Source of the DNA: Micrococcus luteus NCTC 2665
GTDB lineage: Bacteria; Actinomycetota; Actinomycetes; Actinomycetales; Micrococcaceae
Reading direction: 5' to 3'
Length of the DNA stretch: 32,000 bases
Assembly (NCBI RefSeq): GCF_000023205.1
Contig: NC_012803.1
Coordinates: 1,830,001-1,862,000, forward strand
Position numbers and translations under genes: made by a program. Positions 1-7,751 of the stretch are shown here, piece by piece. The first letter of the stretch is position 1, and each line of letters opens with the position of its first letter. The notes beneath the pieces are model-generated. The model was not told where the DNA came from and ran no database searches. It saw nothing but the letters and a program-made list of their open reading frames with translations.

Positions 1-595
1 TCACCCCGAGCTCGGTCAGGTGGCGGACCACCTCCGGGTGGGCCATGCCCGCGTAGGTGCCGCGCAGCTCCTCGGGGACGGCGGGGTGCAGCTTGGTCAT
101 GCCCTTGACGTGGGTCTCGTAGATCACCGTGTCCGTGAGCTCGACGGCGGGTGGGGCGTCATCGCCCCAGTCGAAGTCCTCGGCGACGACGACGCCGAGC
201 ATGCTCGTGCCCAGGTTGTCCGAGGTGTCGATGCGGTCCGGCTCGTCGAAGTCGTACGAGTGGTGCTGCTGGCCCCACTCGTAGTCGCCGGTGAACGCCC
301 GCGCGTACGGGTCCACGAGGATCTTGGCCGGGTTGTGCCACAGGCCGCGGGCGGGGTCCCAGGGGCCGTGCACGCGGTAGCCGTAGCGCTGCCCATGCCC
401 GATGCCCGCCACGTGGGCGTGCCATGTGGTGCCGTGCCGCTCCTCGAGAGGGATGCGCGTCTCCGTGCCGTCGTCGGCGACGAGGCACAGCTCGACCGCC
501 TCCACCTCGCGGGAGACCGCGAGGGCGAAGTTGGTGCCGGTCTCGTCCACGGTGGCCCCGAGGGGGTACGGCTGGCCGATCTCCACTGTGTGCAT
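1..595 (-). CDS. glgX: Glycogen debranching enzyme / isoamylase-family GH13 (GlgX-like), N-terminal ~198 aa only; the 3' part lies beyond the window start
   Basis: Hand translation of the third minus frame, which is absent from the ORF track because it has no in-window stop. ATG at 595 gives MHTVEIGQPYPLGATVDETGTNFALAVSREVEAVELCLV...GQRYGYRVHGPWDPARGLWHNPAKILVDPYARAF...VIYETHVKGMT, a typical GlgX N-terminus. Strongly GC3-rich; GGAGAG lies just upstream. Confidence 0.85.
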   Translation of the reverse strand, partial: MHTVEIGQPYPLGATVDETGTNFALAVSREVEAVELCLVADDGTETRIPLEERHGTTWHAHVAGIGHGQRYGYRVHGPWDPARGLWHNPAKILVDPYARAFTGDYEWGQQHHSYDFDEPDRIDTSDNLGTSMLGVVVAEDFDWGDDAPPAVELTDTVIYETHVKGMTKLHPAVPEELRGTYAGMAHPEVVRHLTELGV

Positions 596-649
596 GACTC
601 TCCGGGGTCTCGTCGTGCGGCCCGCCGGGTGCGGCGGGCCTCCTCGGGG

Positions 650-655
650 AGTCTA
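650..655 (-). promoter_or_regulatory. Candidate -10 box TAGACT (context CCAGTAGACTCCCC) upstream of glgX
   Basis: TAnnnT hexamer in the glmS-glgX spacer, ~55 nt upstream of the glgX ATG. The same TAGACTC heptamer recurs upstream of secY, rplN and tuf. A 9-bp hairpin GGCCCGCCG/CGGCGGGCC (619-640) sits in the putative 5' UTR. Confidence 0.35.
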
Positions 656-689
656 CTGGCGCGGGCGGACGCCATCCCCGGACGCGTCG

Positions 690-721
690 CGGGCCCGGCC
701 GCTGTGTGGCGGCCGGGCCCG
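690..721 (-). terminator. Hairpin downstream of glmS (13-bp perfect GC stem, 6-nt loop)
   Basis: CGGGCCCGGCCGC-CACACA-GCGGCCGGGCCCG on the minus strand, ~30 nt after the glmS stop. No U-tract, which is common in high-GC actinobacteria. Confidence 0.55.
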
Positions 722-753
722 GCAGGAGAGGTCGCGGTGGCCTCAGCGGCGGA

Positions 754-2625
754 TCACTCCACCGTGACGGACTTGGCGAGGTTGCGCGGCTGGTCCACGT
801 CGTAGCCCTTCGCCGTGGCGAGCTCGAGGGCGAAGATCTGCAGCGGGACCGTGGTCAGCAGCGGCATGAGCATCGGCTGGGTCTCGGGGACCTCGAAGAC
901 GACCTCGGCCTGGCCGCGCACGGCCGCGTCGCCGCGCTCGGCGACGGCGAAGGTGCGGGCGCCGCGGGCACGGACCTCCTGGATGTTCGAGACCACCTTG
1001 GCGTGCAGCGAGTGACGGTCCAGGGGCGAGGGCATGACCACGAAGACCGGCTGGCCGTCGTCGATCAGGGCGATCGGGCCGTGCTTGAGCTCGCCCGCGG
1101 CGAAGCCCTCGGCGTGGATGTACGCGAGCTCCTTGAGCTTGAGCGCGCCCTCCATGGCCACCGGGTAGCCGACGTTGCGGCCGAGGAACAGGACGGAGGT
1201 GGCGTCGGCCATCGAGCGGGCGAGCTCCTTGACCTGGTCCTTGCCGGCGAGGATCTCCTCGATCTTGCCGGGGATCGCCCCGAGGTCCGCCAGGATGTCC
1301 TTGATCTGGCCGCTGAACAGCTTCTTGTTCAGCTGGGCCAGGTACAGGCCCAGCAGGTAGGCGGCGGTGATCTGCGCCAGGAACGCCTTGGTGGAGGCGA
1401 CGGCGATCTCGGGGCCGGCGTGCGTGTAGAGCACGGCGTCCGACTCGCGCGGGATCGTGGAGCCGTTGGTGTTGCAGATGGACACGGTGCGGGCGCCCTG
1501 CTCCTTGGCGTAGCGGACCGCCATGAGGGTGTCCATGGTCTCGCCGGACTGGGAGATGGACACCACGAGGGTGTGCGGGTCGATGATCGGGTCGCGGTAG
1601 CGGAACTCGTGGGAGAGCTCCACCTCCACGGGGATCCGGCACCAGTGCTCGATGGCGTACTTGGCCACCGTGCCCGCGTAGGCGGACGTGCCGCACGCCA
1701 GGACGATGATCTTGTCGACGGCCTTGAGCTCCTCGGGGTCGATCCGCAGCTCGTCCAGCATCAGCGCGCCGGCGGCGTCCGTGCGGCCCAGCAGGGTGTC
1801 CTGCACGGCCTGGGGCTGGTCGTGGATCTCCTTCTCCATGAAGGTCTCGAAGCCGCCCTTCTCCGCGGCCGAGGCGTCCCAGTCCACGGTGAAGCGCTTG
1901 CCCTCGGCGGGGCCGCCCCGGAAGTCCGAGATCTCGACGGCGTCGGCCGTGATCGTCACGACCTGGTCCTGCTCGAGCTCGATGGCCTCGCGGGTGAAGT
2001 CGATGAAGCCGGAGACGTCCGAGCCCAGGAAGTTCTCCCCCTCGCCCAGGCCGACGACGAGCGGCGAGTTGCGGCGCGAGGCCACCACGCGGTCCGGGTG
2101 GTCCACGTGCACGGCCAGCAGGGTGAAGGCACCCTCGAGGCGCTGGGAGGCCAACTGCATGGCGCGGGTCAGGTCCTGGCCGGCCGCGTGCCGGTAGACG
2201 TCCGCGAGGAGGTGGGCGGCCACCTCGGTGTCCGTCTCGGAGAGGAACTCGACGCCCTTGGCGAGCAGCTCCTCGCGCAGCTCGGCGTAGTTCTCGATGA
2301 TGCCGTTGTGGATGAGCGCCAGCCGGCCCTCGTCCGCCACCTGCGGGTGGGCGTTGCGGTCGGTGGGGCCACCGTGGGTGGCCCACCGGGTGTGGCCGAT
2401 GCCGACGAGGCCGGTGGGGATGGGGTGCTCGGCGAGCTCCTCGGCGAGGTTGGCGAGCTTGCCCGCCTTCTTCCGGTGGTACAGCTGACCGCCGTCCACC
2501 ACGGCCACACCGGCGGAGTCGTATCCGCGGTATTCGAGACGACGCAGGCCCTCCATCAGGACGTCGAGAGCGCCGTGCTCACGATCCGACTGGGGCTGGC
2601 CGATGTATCCGACGATTCCGCACAT
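754..2625 (-). CDS. glmS: Glutamine--fructose-6-phosphate aminotransferase (isomerising), 623 aa
   Basis: Track ORF 754..2835 trimmed to the obligatory MCGIVGY start (Cys2 nucleophile); ATG at 2625. Full-length GATase-2 plus two SIS domains, ending ...AKSVTVE. Confidence 0.96.
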   Translation of the reverse strand: MCGIVGYIGQPQSDREHGALDVLMEGLRRLEYRGYDSAGVAVVDGGQLYHRKKAGKLANLAEELAEHPIPTGLVGIGHTRWATHGGPTDRNAHPQVADEGRLALIHNGIIENYAELREELLAKGVEFLSETDTEVAAHLLADVYRHAAGQDLTRAMQLASQRLEGAFTLLAVHVDHPDRVVASRRNSPLVVGLGEGENFLGSDVSGFIDFTREAIELEQDQVVTITADAVEISDFRGGPAEGKRFTVDWDASAAEKGGFETFMEKEIHDQPQAVQDTLLGRTDAAGALMLDELRIDPEELKAVDKIIVLACGTSAYAGTVAKYAIEHWCRIPVEVELSHEFRYRDPIIDPHTLVVSISQSGETMDTLMAVRYAKEQGARTVSICNTNGSTIPRESDAVLYTHAGPEIAVASTKAFLAQITAAYLLGLYLAQLNKKLFSGQIKDILADLGAIPGKIEEILAGKDQVKELARSMADATSVLFLGRNVGYPVAMEGALKLKELAYIHAEGFAAGELKHGPIALIDDGQPVFVVMPSPLDRHSLHAKVVSNIQEVRARGARTFAVAERGDAAVRGQAEVVFEVPETQPMLMPLLTTVPLQIFALELATAKGYDVDQPRNLAKSVTVE

Positions 2626-2632
2626 GCGCACG

Positions 2633-2638
2633 AGAATA
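2633..2638 (-). promoter_or_regulatory. Candidate -10 box TATTCT placed 7 nt upstream of the glmS ATG (leaderless-type geometry)
   Basis: Minus strand reads GGTATTCT-CGTGCGC-ATGTGC. There is no purine-rich SD between the hexamer and the ATG. Confidence 0.35.
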
Positions 2639-2651
2639 CCGGGCCGGACCC

Positions 2652-3588
2652 GACTTCGGCGCACGACTCGGCGATGTCCCCGGGCCGGCGCTCGACCACG
2701 CGGTAGGGGATGCGGCCGCCCGTGACCGCCTCGAAGGCGCGCACCATCTCGAACACGGTGACGCCCTCGCCCCGGCCGATGTTCCAGACCCGGGTCGTCG
2801 TACCGCCCCCGGTCGCCACCCGTGCCGCGAGCCATTCGAGTCCGGCCACGTGCGCCTCCGCGAGGTCCATCACGTGGATGAAGTCGCGCACGGCGCGGCC
2901 GTCGCGCGTGTCGAAGTCCGCGCCGAACACCCGCAGCTCGGGGTAGGCGCCGGAGGCCACCCGCGCCACGAAGGGCATGAGGTTCGCCGGCACCCCGCTC
3001 GGGTCCTCGCCCAGCCGCCCGGAGGGATGCGCGCCGACCGGGTTGAAGTAGCGCAGCATCGCCAGCCCGCCGCCGTCGACCATGGCGCAGACGTCGCGCA
3101 GCACCTGCTCCGCCATGAGCTTGGAGTGCCCGTCGGGCGAGACCGGTCTGTGGCGGCCTCCTCGGCGACCGGCACCGGCGCGCGGTCGCCGTACACGGTC
3201 GCGGAGGAGGAGGACAGGACCGTGCGGGCGCCGGCCGCGAGCGCGGCCTCGGCGACGGCGGCCGTGCCGCCCACGTTCACGTCGTAGTAGGCGGCGGGGC
3301 GGGTCATCGACTCGGTGGGCGACTTCAGCCCCGCGAGTGCACCAGTGCGGCCGGGCCGAAGTCCGCGAGCGCCCCGCGGTAGTCCTCGGGTCGGCGGATG
3401 TCGGCCACGTGCAGGCGCAGCCGCGACCCGCCCAGGCGCGTCCCGGCGAGCTCGGCGACGCGCTCGAGCGACGTCGTCGTCGCCGTGACCAGGCTGTCCA
3501 GGACGAGGACGTCGTGGCCCGCCTCGAGCAGCGTGAGCACGGTATGGGATCCCAGGTATCCGGCGCCGCCGGTCACGAGAACGCGCAT
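2652..3588 (-). pseudogene. galE: UDP-glucose 4-epimerase (GalE/SDR) relic with two 1-nt frameshifts, Tyr->Asp in the YxxxK motif and a missing C-terminus
   Basis: Three colinear fragments lie in three frames. 3588-3325: [15 protein letters not shown]...ALVHSRG*. ~3330-3146: [21 protein letters not shown]...SSSSATVYGD...EEAATD. 3146-2652: PVSPDGHSKLMAEQVL...LRYFNPVGAHPSGRLGEDP...RRPGDIAESCAEV. Homology ends ~25 nt before the glmS ATG. Confidence 0.8.
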
Positions 3589-3649
3589 GGGCCGATCCTA
3601 TCCGTGCCCTGTGACGTCACGCGGGGGCCCGCTCCGGGCGGGCCGCGGC

Positions 3650-3655
3650 CATAAT
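3650..3655 (+). promoter_or_regulatory. Candidate -10 box CATAAT, 7 nt upstream of the in-frame GTG at 3663 (possible leaderless coaA start)
   Basis: GGCCATAATGGATCGGGTGACC. The hexamer overlaps the ATG at 3654, and GTG 3663 is in frame with it. No SD lies upstream of either start. Confidence 0.3.
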
Positions 3656-4673
3656 GGATCGGGTGACCTACACCCCCCCGACCTCCGAGCTGTCCCTCGT
3701 GGGCCCCGAGGAGCCCGCGGACGCCGTGCCCGACGGCCACCAGCGCTCCCCCTTCGTGGAGCTGGACCGCCAGACCTGGGCCCGTCTCGCCTCGGAGATG
3801 GCGCAGCCCTTCGACCAGGCGGACGTGGAGCGTCTGCGCGGCCTCGGCGAGCATCTGTCCCTGCGCGAGGTCGCCGAGGTCTACCTTCCGCTCTCGCGCC
3901 TGCTGAGCATCAACGTGGAGGCCTCCGCGGCCCTGCGCAGCGCGACCAACGCGTTCCTCGGCGAGCGGACGGGGCGCACCCCGTACGTGATCGGGGTGGC
4001 CGGGTCGGTCGCCGTCGGCAAGTCGACGACGGCGCGCGTGCTCCAGGAGATGCTGCGCCGCTGGCCGACGACGCCGCGCGTCGAGCTGGTCACCACGGAC
4101 GGGTTCCTGCACCCCAACGCGGTGCTGCACGAGCGCGGCATCCTGTCCCGCAAGGGCTTCCCCGAGTCCTACGACCGCCGCGCGCTGCTGCGCTTCATGG
4201 CGGACGTCAAGTCCGGGGCACAGGAGGTGCGCGCGCCCGTGTACTCGCACATCACCTACGACATCGTGCCGGGCGAGGAGCAGGTGGTGCACCGTCCCGA
4301 CGTGCTGATCGTGGAGGGGCTCAACGTGCTGGCCCCGCCGCGCACGCGGGCCGACGGCACCGCCGGGCTCTCCGTCTCCGACTTCTTCGACTTCTCGGTG
4401 TACGTGGACGCACGCGCGTCCTGGATCCGGTCCTGGTACATCGACCGGTTCATGGGTCTGCGCTCGGGGGCCTTCGCCGACCCGCGCAGCTACTTCCACC
4501 GATACTCCTCCCTGTCGGACGCCGAGGCTCAGGCGACGGCCGAGTCCATCTGGGACTCCATCAACGGCCCGAACCTCGAGCAGAACGTGCGCCCGACCCG
4601 CGGACGCGCCCGGCTGGTGCTCACGAAGAACGCGCAGCACGAGGTGACCCGCGTGCTGCTGAGGAAGGTCTGA
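3654..4673 (+). CDS. coaA: Type I pantothenate kinase (339 aa from ATG 3654; alternative GTG start at 3663)
   Basis: Track ORF. Walker [18 protein letters not shown], then ...TTDGFLHPN...RKGFPESYD...PVYSH..YD...IVEGLNVL, colinear with CoaA. Confidence 0.93.
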   Translation: MDRVTYTPPTSELSLVGPEEPADAVPDGHQRSPFVELDRQTWARLASEMAQPFDQADVERLRGLGEHLSLREVAEVYLPLSRLLSINVEASAALRSATNAFLGERTGRTPYVIGVAGSVAVGKSTTARVLQEMLRRWPTTPRVELVTTDGFLHPNAVLHERGILSRKGFPESYDRRALLRFMADVKSGAQEVRAPVYSHITYDIVPGEEQVVHRPDVLIVEGLNVLAPPRTRADGTAGLSVSDFFDFSVYVDARASWIRSWYIDRFMGLRSGAFADPRSYFHRYSSLSDAEAQATAESIWDSINGPNLEQNVRPTRGRARLVLTKNAQHEVTRVLLRKV

Positions 4674-4767
4674 TCCGTGCGTCGCCCCCCTCCCCCGCGC
4701 CGCGCTGGCCGCGCTCGCGCTGCTCGCGGCCGGCTGCGGCACGTCCGCCGCAGGCCCGTCCTCGGCG

Positions 4768-5421
4768 ATGCCGGCTTCCGGCTCCTCGAGCGCGGCCGCG
4801 TCGTCCCGCGCCGCCTCGAGCACGGCGCCGTCGTCGAGCACGCACGCCGACCCGGCCGCCCTCGACGTCGTCGTGAACAAGACCCGCCCCGTGGCCCCGC
4901 CCGACTGGGCGCCCTCGGATCTGGTGGCCGTGCCCGGCAGCGAGCTGCCCCTGCGGGCGGAGGCCGCGACGGCGGCCGGTGACCTGCTGGATGCGGCCGC
5001 GGCGGCGGGCCACGACCTCACCACCCTGAGCGCCTACCGCTCGTACGACTACCAGGTCCGGACGTACGGCCACTGGGTCGACGAGCTGGGCCGCGCCGAG
5101 GCCGACCGCGTCTCGGCGCGTCCGGGGTACTCCGAGCACCAGACCGGCCTGGCCTGGGACGTGGGCGACGCCGCGACCCCCACGTGTGACCTCGAGGCGT
5201 GCTTCGGCGACACCGCCGCGGGCCGCTGGGTGGCCGCGCACGCCGCCGAGCACGGGTTCGTCATCCGCTATCCCGCCGGGGCCGAGGACGAGACGGGCTT
5301 CGCCCACGAGCCCTGGCACCTGCGCTACGTCGGGTCCGCGGAGGCGGCCCGGGTCGAGGCGGCCGGCGGCGTCCTCGAGACCGCGTGGGGTCTGCCTCCG
5401 GCGCCGGACTACGCGGACTGA
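4768..5421 (+). CDS. VanY / peptidase M15B-family D-alanyl-D-alanine carboxypeptidase. This is the minimal ATG ORF; the reading frame is clearly coding back to ~4681 and encodes a lipoprotein signal peptide.
   Basis: Zn-peptidase motifs SEHQTGLAWD (SxHxxGxAxD) and EPWHLRY (ExxH). The upstream in-frame sequence PLPRAALAALALLAAGCGTS contains the lipobox LAAGC but no canonical in-frame start. Confidence 0.8.
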   Translation: MPASGSSSAAASSRAASSTAPSSSTHADPAALDVVVNKTRPVAPPDWAPSDLVAVPGSELPLRAEAATAAGDLLDAAAAAGHDLTTLSAYRSYDYQVRTYGHWVDELGRAEADRVSARPGYSEHQTGLAWDVGDAATPTCDLEACFGDTAAGRWVAAHAAEHGFVIRYPAGAEDETGFAHEPWHLRYVGSAEAARVEAAGGVLETAWGLPPAPDYAD

Positions 5422-5467
5422 GACGCACGACTCGCTCGACCCTGTACCGCGCCGACCTCGTCACATG

Positions 5468-5473
5468 TACGAT
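5468..5473 (+). promoter_or_regulatory. Candidate -10 box TACGAT, 7 nt upstream of the mscL ATG (leaderless-type geometry)
   Basis: CATGTACGAT-TCTCCCC-ATGATCCAG. No SD is present. It lies in a locally AT-richer patch. Confidence 0.35.
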
Positions 5474-5480
5474 TCTCCCC

Positions 5481-5903
5481 ATGATCCAGGGATTCAAAGA
5501 CTTCATCATGAAGGGCAACGTCCTCGACCTTGCCGTCGCCGTCATCATCGGCGCCGCCTTCGGCAAGATCGTGAACGCGCTCGTCGAGGCGGTCCTCATG
5601 CCGCTCATCGCCGCCGCCGTGGGCTCGCCGAACTTCGACTCGTTCGCCGTGCTGACGGTCAACGGCAACGACGTGAAGTTCGGCGTGCTGATCACCGCCA
5701 TCGTCAACTTCCTGCTCATCGCCGCGGCCGTGTACTTCGCCATCGTGATGCCGATGAACAAGATGGTCGAGGCCCGCAACCGCCGCCTCGGCATCGACCC
5801 CGCCGAGGAGGAGGTGGCCGCCGACGTCGCCGTGCTCACCGAGATCCGCGACCTGCTCGCCGAGCGCCGCGGCGGCCCCACCTCCGGGACCACCGCCCTC
5901 TGA
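5481..5903 (+). CDS. mscL: Large-conductance mechanosensitive channel, 140 aa
   Basis: Track ORF 5199..5903 trimmed to MIQGFKDFIMKGNVLDLAVAVIIGAAFGKIV..., the canonical MscL N-terminus and TM1. The sequence upstream in the same frame is Arg/Gly junk. Confidence 0.93.
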   Translation: MIQGFKDFIMKGNVLDLAVAVIIGAAFGKIVNALVEAVLMPLIAAAVGSPNFDSFAVLTVNGNDVKFGVLITAIVNFLLIAAAVYFAIVMPMNKMVEARNRRLGIDPAEEEVAADVAVLTEIRDLLAERRGGPTSGTTAL

Positions 5904-5922
5904 TCACCCCCTGTCCGACGCC

Positions 5923-5964
5923 GAAGGGCCCGGGACGACTCACGCGAGTCGCCCCGGGCCCTTC
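5923..5964. terminator. Bidirectional hairpin between convergent mscL and the glmM-downstream ORF
   Basis: GAAGGGCCCGGGACGACTC-ACGC-GAGTCGCCCCGGGCCCTTC: 19-bp stem with one mismatch and a 4-nt loop. Confidence 0.65.
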
Positions 5965-5997
5965 CTTCATGCCCTCGGCGGCACCGGGGCCGTACCC

Positions 5998-6225
5998 TCA
6001 GGGCCGCGACGTCGTCCGGTCCGCGCTGGACCCGGCGTCCGGGGCGACCTCCGAGTCCTGCCGGTCCGGATCCAGGCACGGCAGCCACTCCACGGGGGCG
6101 CTCTGCCGCGCGCACACGGGCGCGTCCACGGCGAGGAACGCGGCCGACCACAGGACCGCCAGCCCCGCGAGCAGCCCCGCGAACAGGGTCCAGCGGCGGG
6201 GCCGGGGGGCCGCGTCCGACGTCAT
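5998..6225 (-). CDS. Hypothetical small single-pass membrane protein, 75 aa
   Basis: ATG at 6225, 8 nt after the glmM stop: MTSDAAPRPRRWTLFAGLLAGLAVLWSAAFLAV... It has a positive n-region plus one TM helix and very high GC3. It is the tail of track ORF 5998..7707, the rest of which is out of frame over glmM. Confidence 0.5.
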   Translation of the reverse strand: MTSDAAPRPRRWTLFAGLLAGLAVLWSAAFLAVDAPVCARQSAPVEWLPCLDPDRQDSEVAPDAGSSADRTTSRP

Positions 6226-6233
6226 CGGTCCGG

Positions 6234-7589
6234 TCAGTCGTGCAGGCGCAGCTCGCGCTGCACGACGTCGGCCAGCACCTGGGCCTCCCGGCCGGCGGTC
6301 TCCTCGTCCGGGGCCTCGACCATGACGCGCACGACCGGCTCCGTGCCCGACGGGCGCAGCAGCACGCGGCCGGTCTCGCCGAGGCGGGCCTCCGCCTCGG
6401 CCACCGCCGCCTGGACGGCCTCGTCCTCGGCGGCGCGGGACTTGTCCACGCCGCGCACGTTCACGAGGACCTGGGGCAGCCGGTCCATCACCGCGGCCAG
6501 CTCGGAGAGCGGGGTGCCGGTCTCGGCGACGCGGGAGGCGAGCTGCAGGCCGGTGAGGACCCCATCGCCGGTGGTGGCGTGGTCCGAGAAGATCACATGG
6601 CCGGACTGCTCGCCGCCGAGCGAGTAGTCGCCGAGCTTCATGCCGGCCAGGACGTAGCGGTCGCCCACCTGGGTCTCGACGAGCTGGACGCCCTCCCGGC
6701 CCATGGCCAGCTTCAGGCCCAGGTTGGACATGACGGTCACGACCAGGGTGTCGTCGCGCAGGACGCCGCGGTCCTTGAGTGCCACGGCCATGACACCCAT
6801 GATCTGGTCGCCGTCGACGACCTCGCCGCGCTCGTCCACGGCGAGGCACCGGTCGGCGTCGCCGTCGTGCGCGATGCCGAGGTCCGCGCCGTGCTCGCGC
6901 ACGGCCGCCTGGAGCTTTTCGAGGTGGGTGGAGCCGTAGCCGTCGTTGATGTTGAGCCCGTCCGGGGACGCGCCGATCACGACGACCTCCGCGCCGGCGG
7001 CGCGGAACGCCTCGGGCGAGCAGCCGGCGGCCGCACCGTGGGCGCAGTCCAGGACCACCTTGAGCCCGTCCAGCCGGTGCGGGAGGGTCTGCAGGAGGTG
7101 GAGGACGTAGCGGTCCTCGGCGTCCGCGAAGACGCGCACGCGGCCCACGTCCGCGCCCTGGGGCCGCCGCGGCGTCACGCCCTCGAGGTGACGGATGATC
7201 TCGTCCTCCTGCGCGTCGGTCAGCTTCTCGCCGCCGCGCGCGAGGAACTTGATGCCGTTGTCCGGGGCCGGGTTGTGGGAGGCGGAGATCATCACGCCGA
7301 AGTCGGCGTCCAGGTCCCCCACGAGATAGGCGGCGGCGGGGGTCGGCAGCACGCCCGCATCCCACACGTCCACGCCCGAGGACGCCAGGCCCGCCTGCAC
7401 GGCGGCCGCGATGAACTCGCCGCTGATGCGCGGGTCCCGGGCCACGACGGCGACCGGGCGTCGGCCGGCGTCGAAGGCCTCCGCACCGAGGACGGGCGAG
7501 GCGGCCTGGGCCAGCTGGACGGACAACTCCACGGTGAGGGTCTCGTTGGCCAGGCCACGGACGCCATCGGTTCCGAACAATCTCGACAT
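6234..7589 (-). CDS. glmM: Phosphoglucosamine mutase, 451 aa
   Basis: Track [18 protein letters not shown]..., active-site loop [14 protein letters not shown], Mg site DGDADR, and GEQSGH. Confidence 0.96.
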   Translation of the reverse strand: MSRLFGTDGVRGLANETLTVELSVQLAQAASPVLGAEAFDAGRRPVAVVARDPRISGEFIAAAVQAGLASSGVDVWDAGVLPTPAAAYLVGDLDADFGVMISASHNPAPDNGIKFLARGGEKLTDAQEDEIIRHLEGVTPRRPQGADVGRVRVFADAEDRYVLHLLQTLPHRLDGLKVVLDCAHGAAAGCSPEAFRAAGAEVVVIGASPDGLNINDGYGSTHLEKLQAAVREHGADLGIAHDGDADRCLAVDERGEVVDGDQIMGVMAVALKDRGVLRDDTLVVTVMSNLGLKLAMGREGVQLVETQVGDRYVLAGMKLGDYSLGGEQSGHVIFSDHATTGDGVLTGLQLASRVAETGTPLSELAAVMDRLPQVLVNVRGVDKSRAAEDEAVQAAVAEAEARLGETGRVLLRPSGTEPVVRVMVEAPDEETAGREAQVLADVVQRELRLHD

Positions 7590-7597
7590 GATCAGTC

Positions 7598-7603
7598 AGT
7601 GTA
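7598..7603 (-). promoter_or_regulatory. Candidate -10 box TACACT, 8 nt upstream of the glmM ATG (leaderless or near-leaderless geometry)
   Basis: Minus strand reads CCCTACACT-GACTGATC-ATGTCG. No SD. Confidence 0.3.
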
Positions 7604-7751
7604 GGGGCCGCCCCTGCGGCCTGCATCACGGGCGGGTCACGAAACGGGCCCGGGGGCGGTAGCATCGGAGCGGTCGAGCCCCCGCGGCCGCGCGCCCGTC
7701 CGCTCACATCCGCCCGGGAGGCCCCGCCCCGAACCCGAAGGACCTCGATCC

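Noticed and set aside
706-2706. 666-aa plus-strand ORF (and 743..2386 minus, 547 aa)
   Set aside because: These are antisense or out of frame relative to glmS, whose frame gives a full-length, motif-complete GlmS. They resemble no protein family.
2626-2720. Possible glmS ribozyme or riboswitch upstream of glmS
   Set aside because: Only ~25 nt separate the last galE-homologous codon from the glmS ATG, which is no room for the ~170-nt ribozyme core. That element is also characteristic of Firmicutes rather than actinobacteria. A -10-like box sits 7 nt from the ATG instead.
4677-4982. 101-aa plus ORF starting at GTG 4677, considered as an independent gene
   Set aside because: The translation is Arg/Pro/Gly junk and overlaps the clearly coding VanY-like frame. 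At most its start codon and first few codons are relevant; see the frameshift finding.
3398-5024. Long alternative-frame ORFs over coaA and the VanY-like gene (3398..4876 plus, 492 aa; 3573..5024 minus, 483 aa)
   Set aside because: They are out of frame or antisense to motif-complete CoaA and M15B peptidase frames and have low-complexity composition.
6226-7707. Upstream 494 codons of the 569-aa minus ORF 5998..7707
   Set aside because: This part is out of frame over glmM and has a Pro/Arg/Gly-rich junk composition. Only the last 75 codons, which lie beyond the glmM stop, are kept as a candidate small gene.
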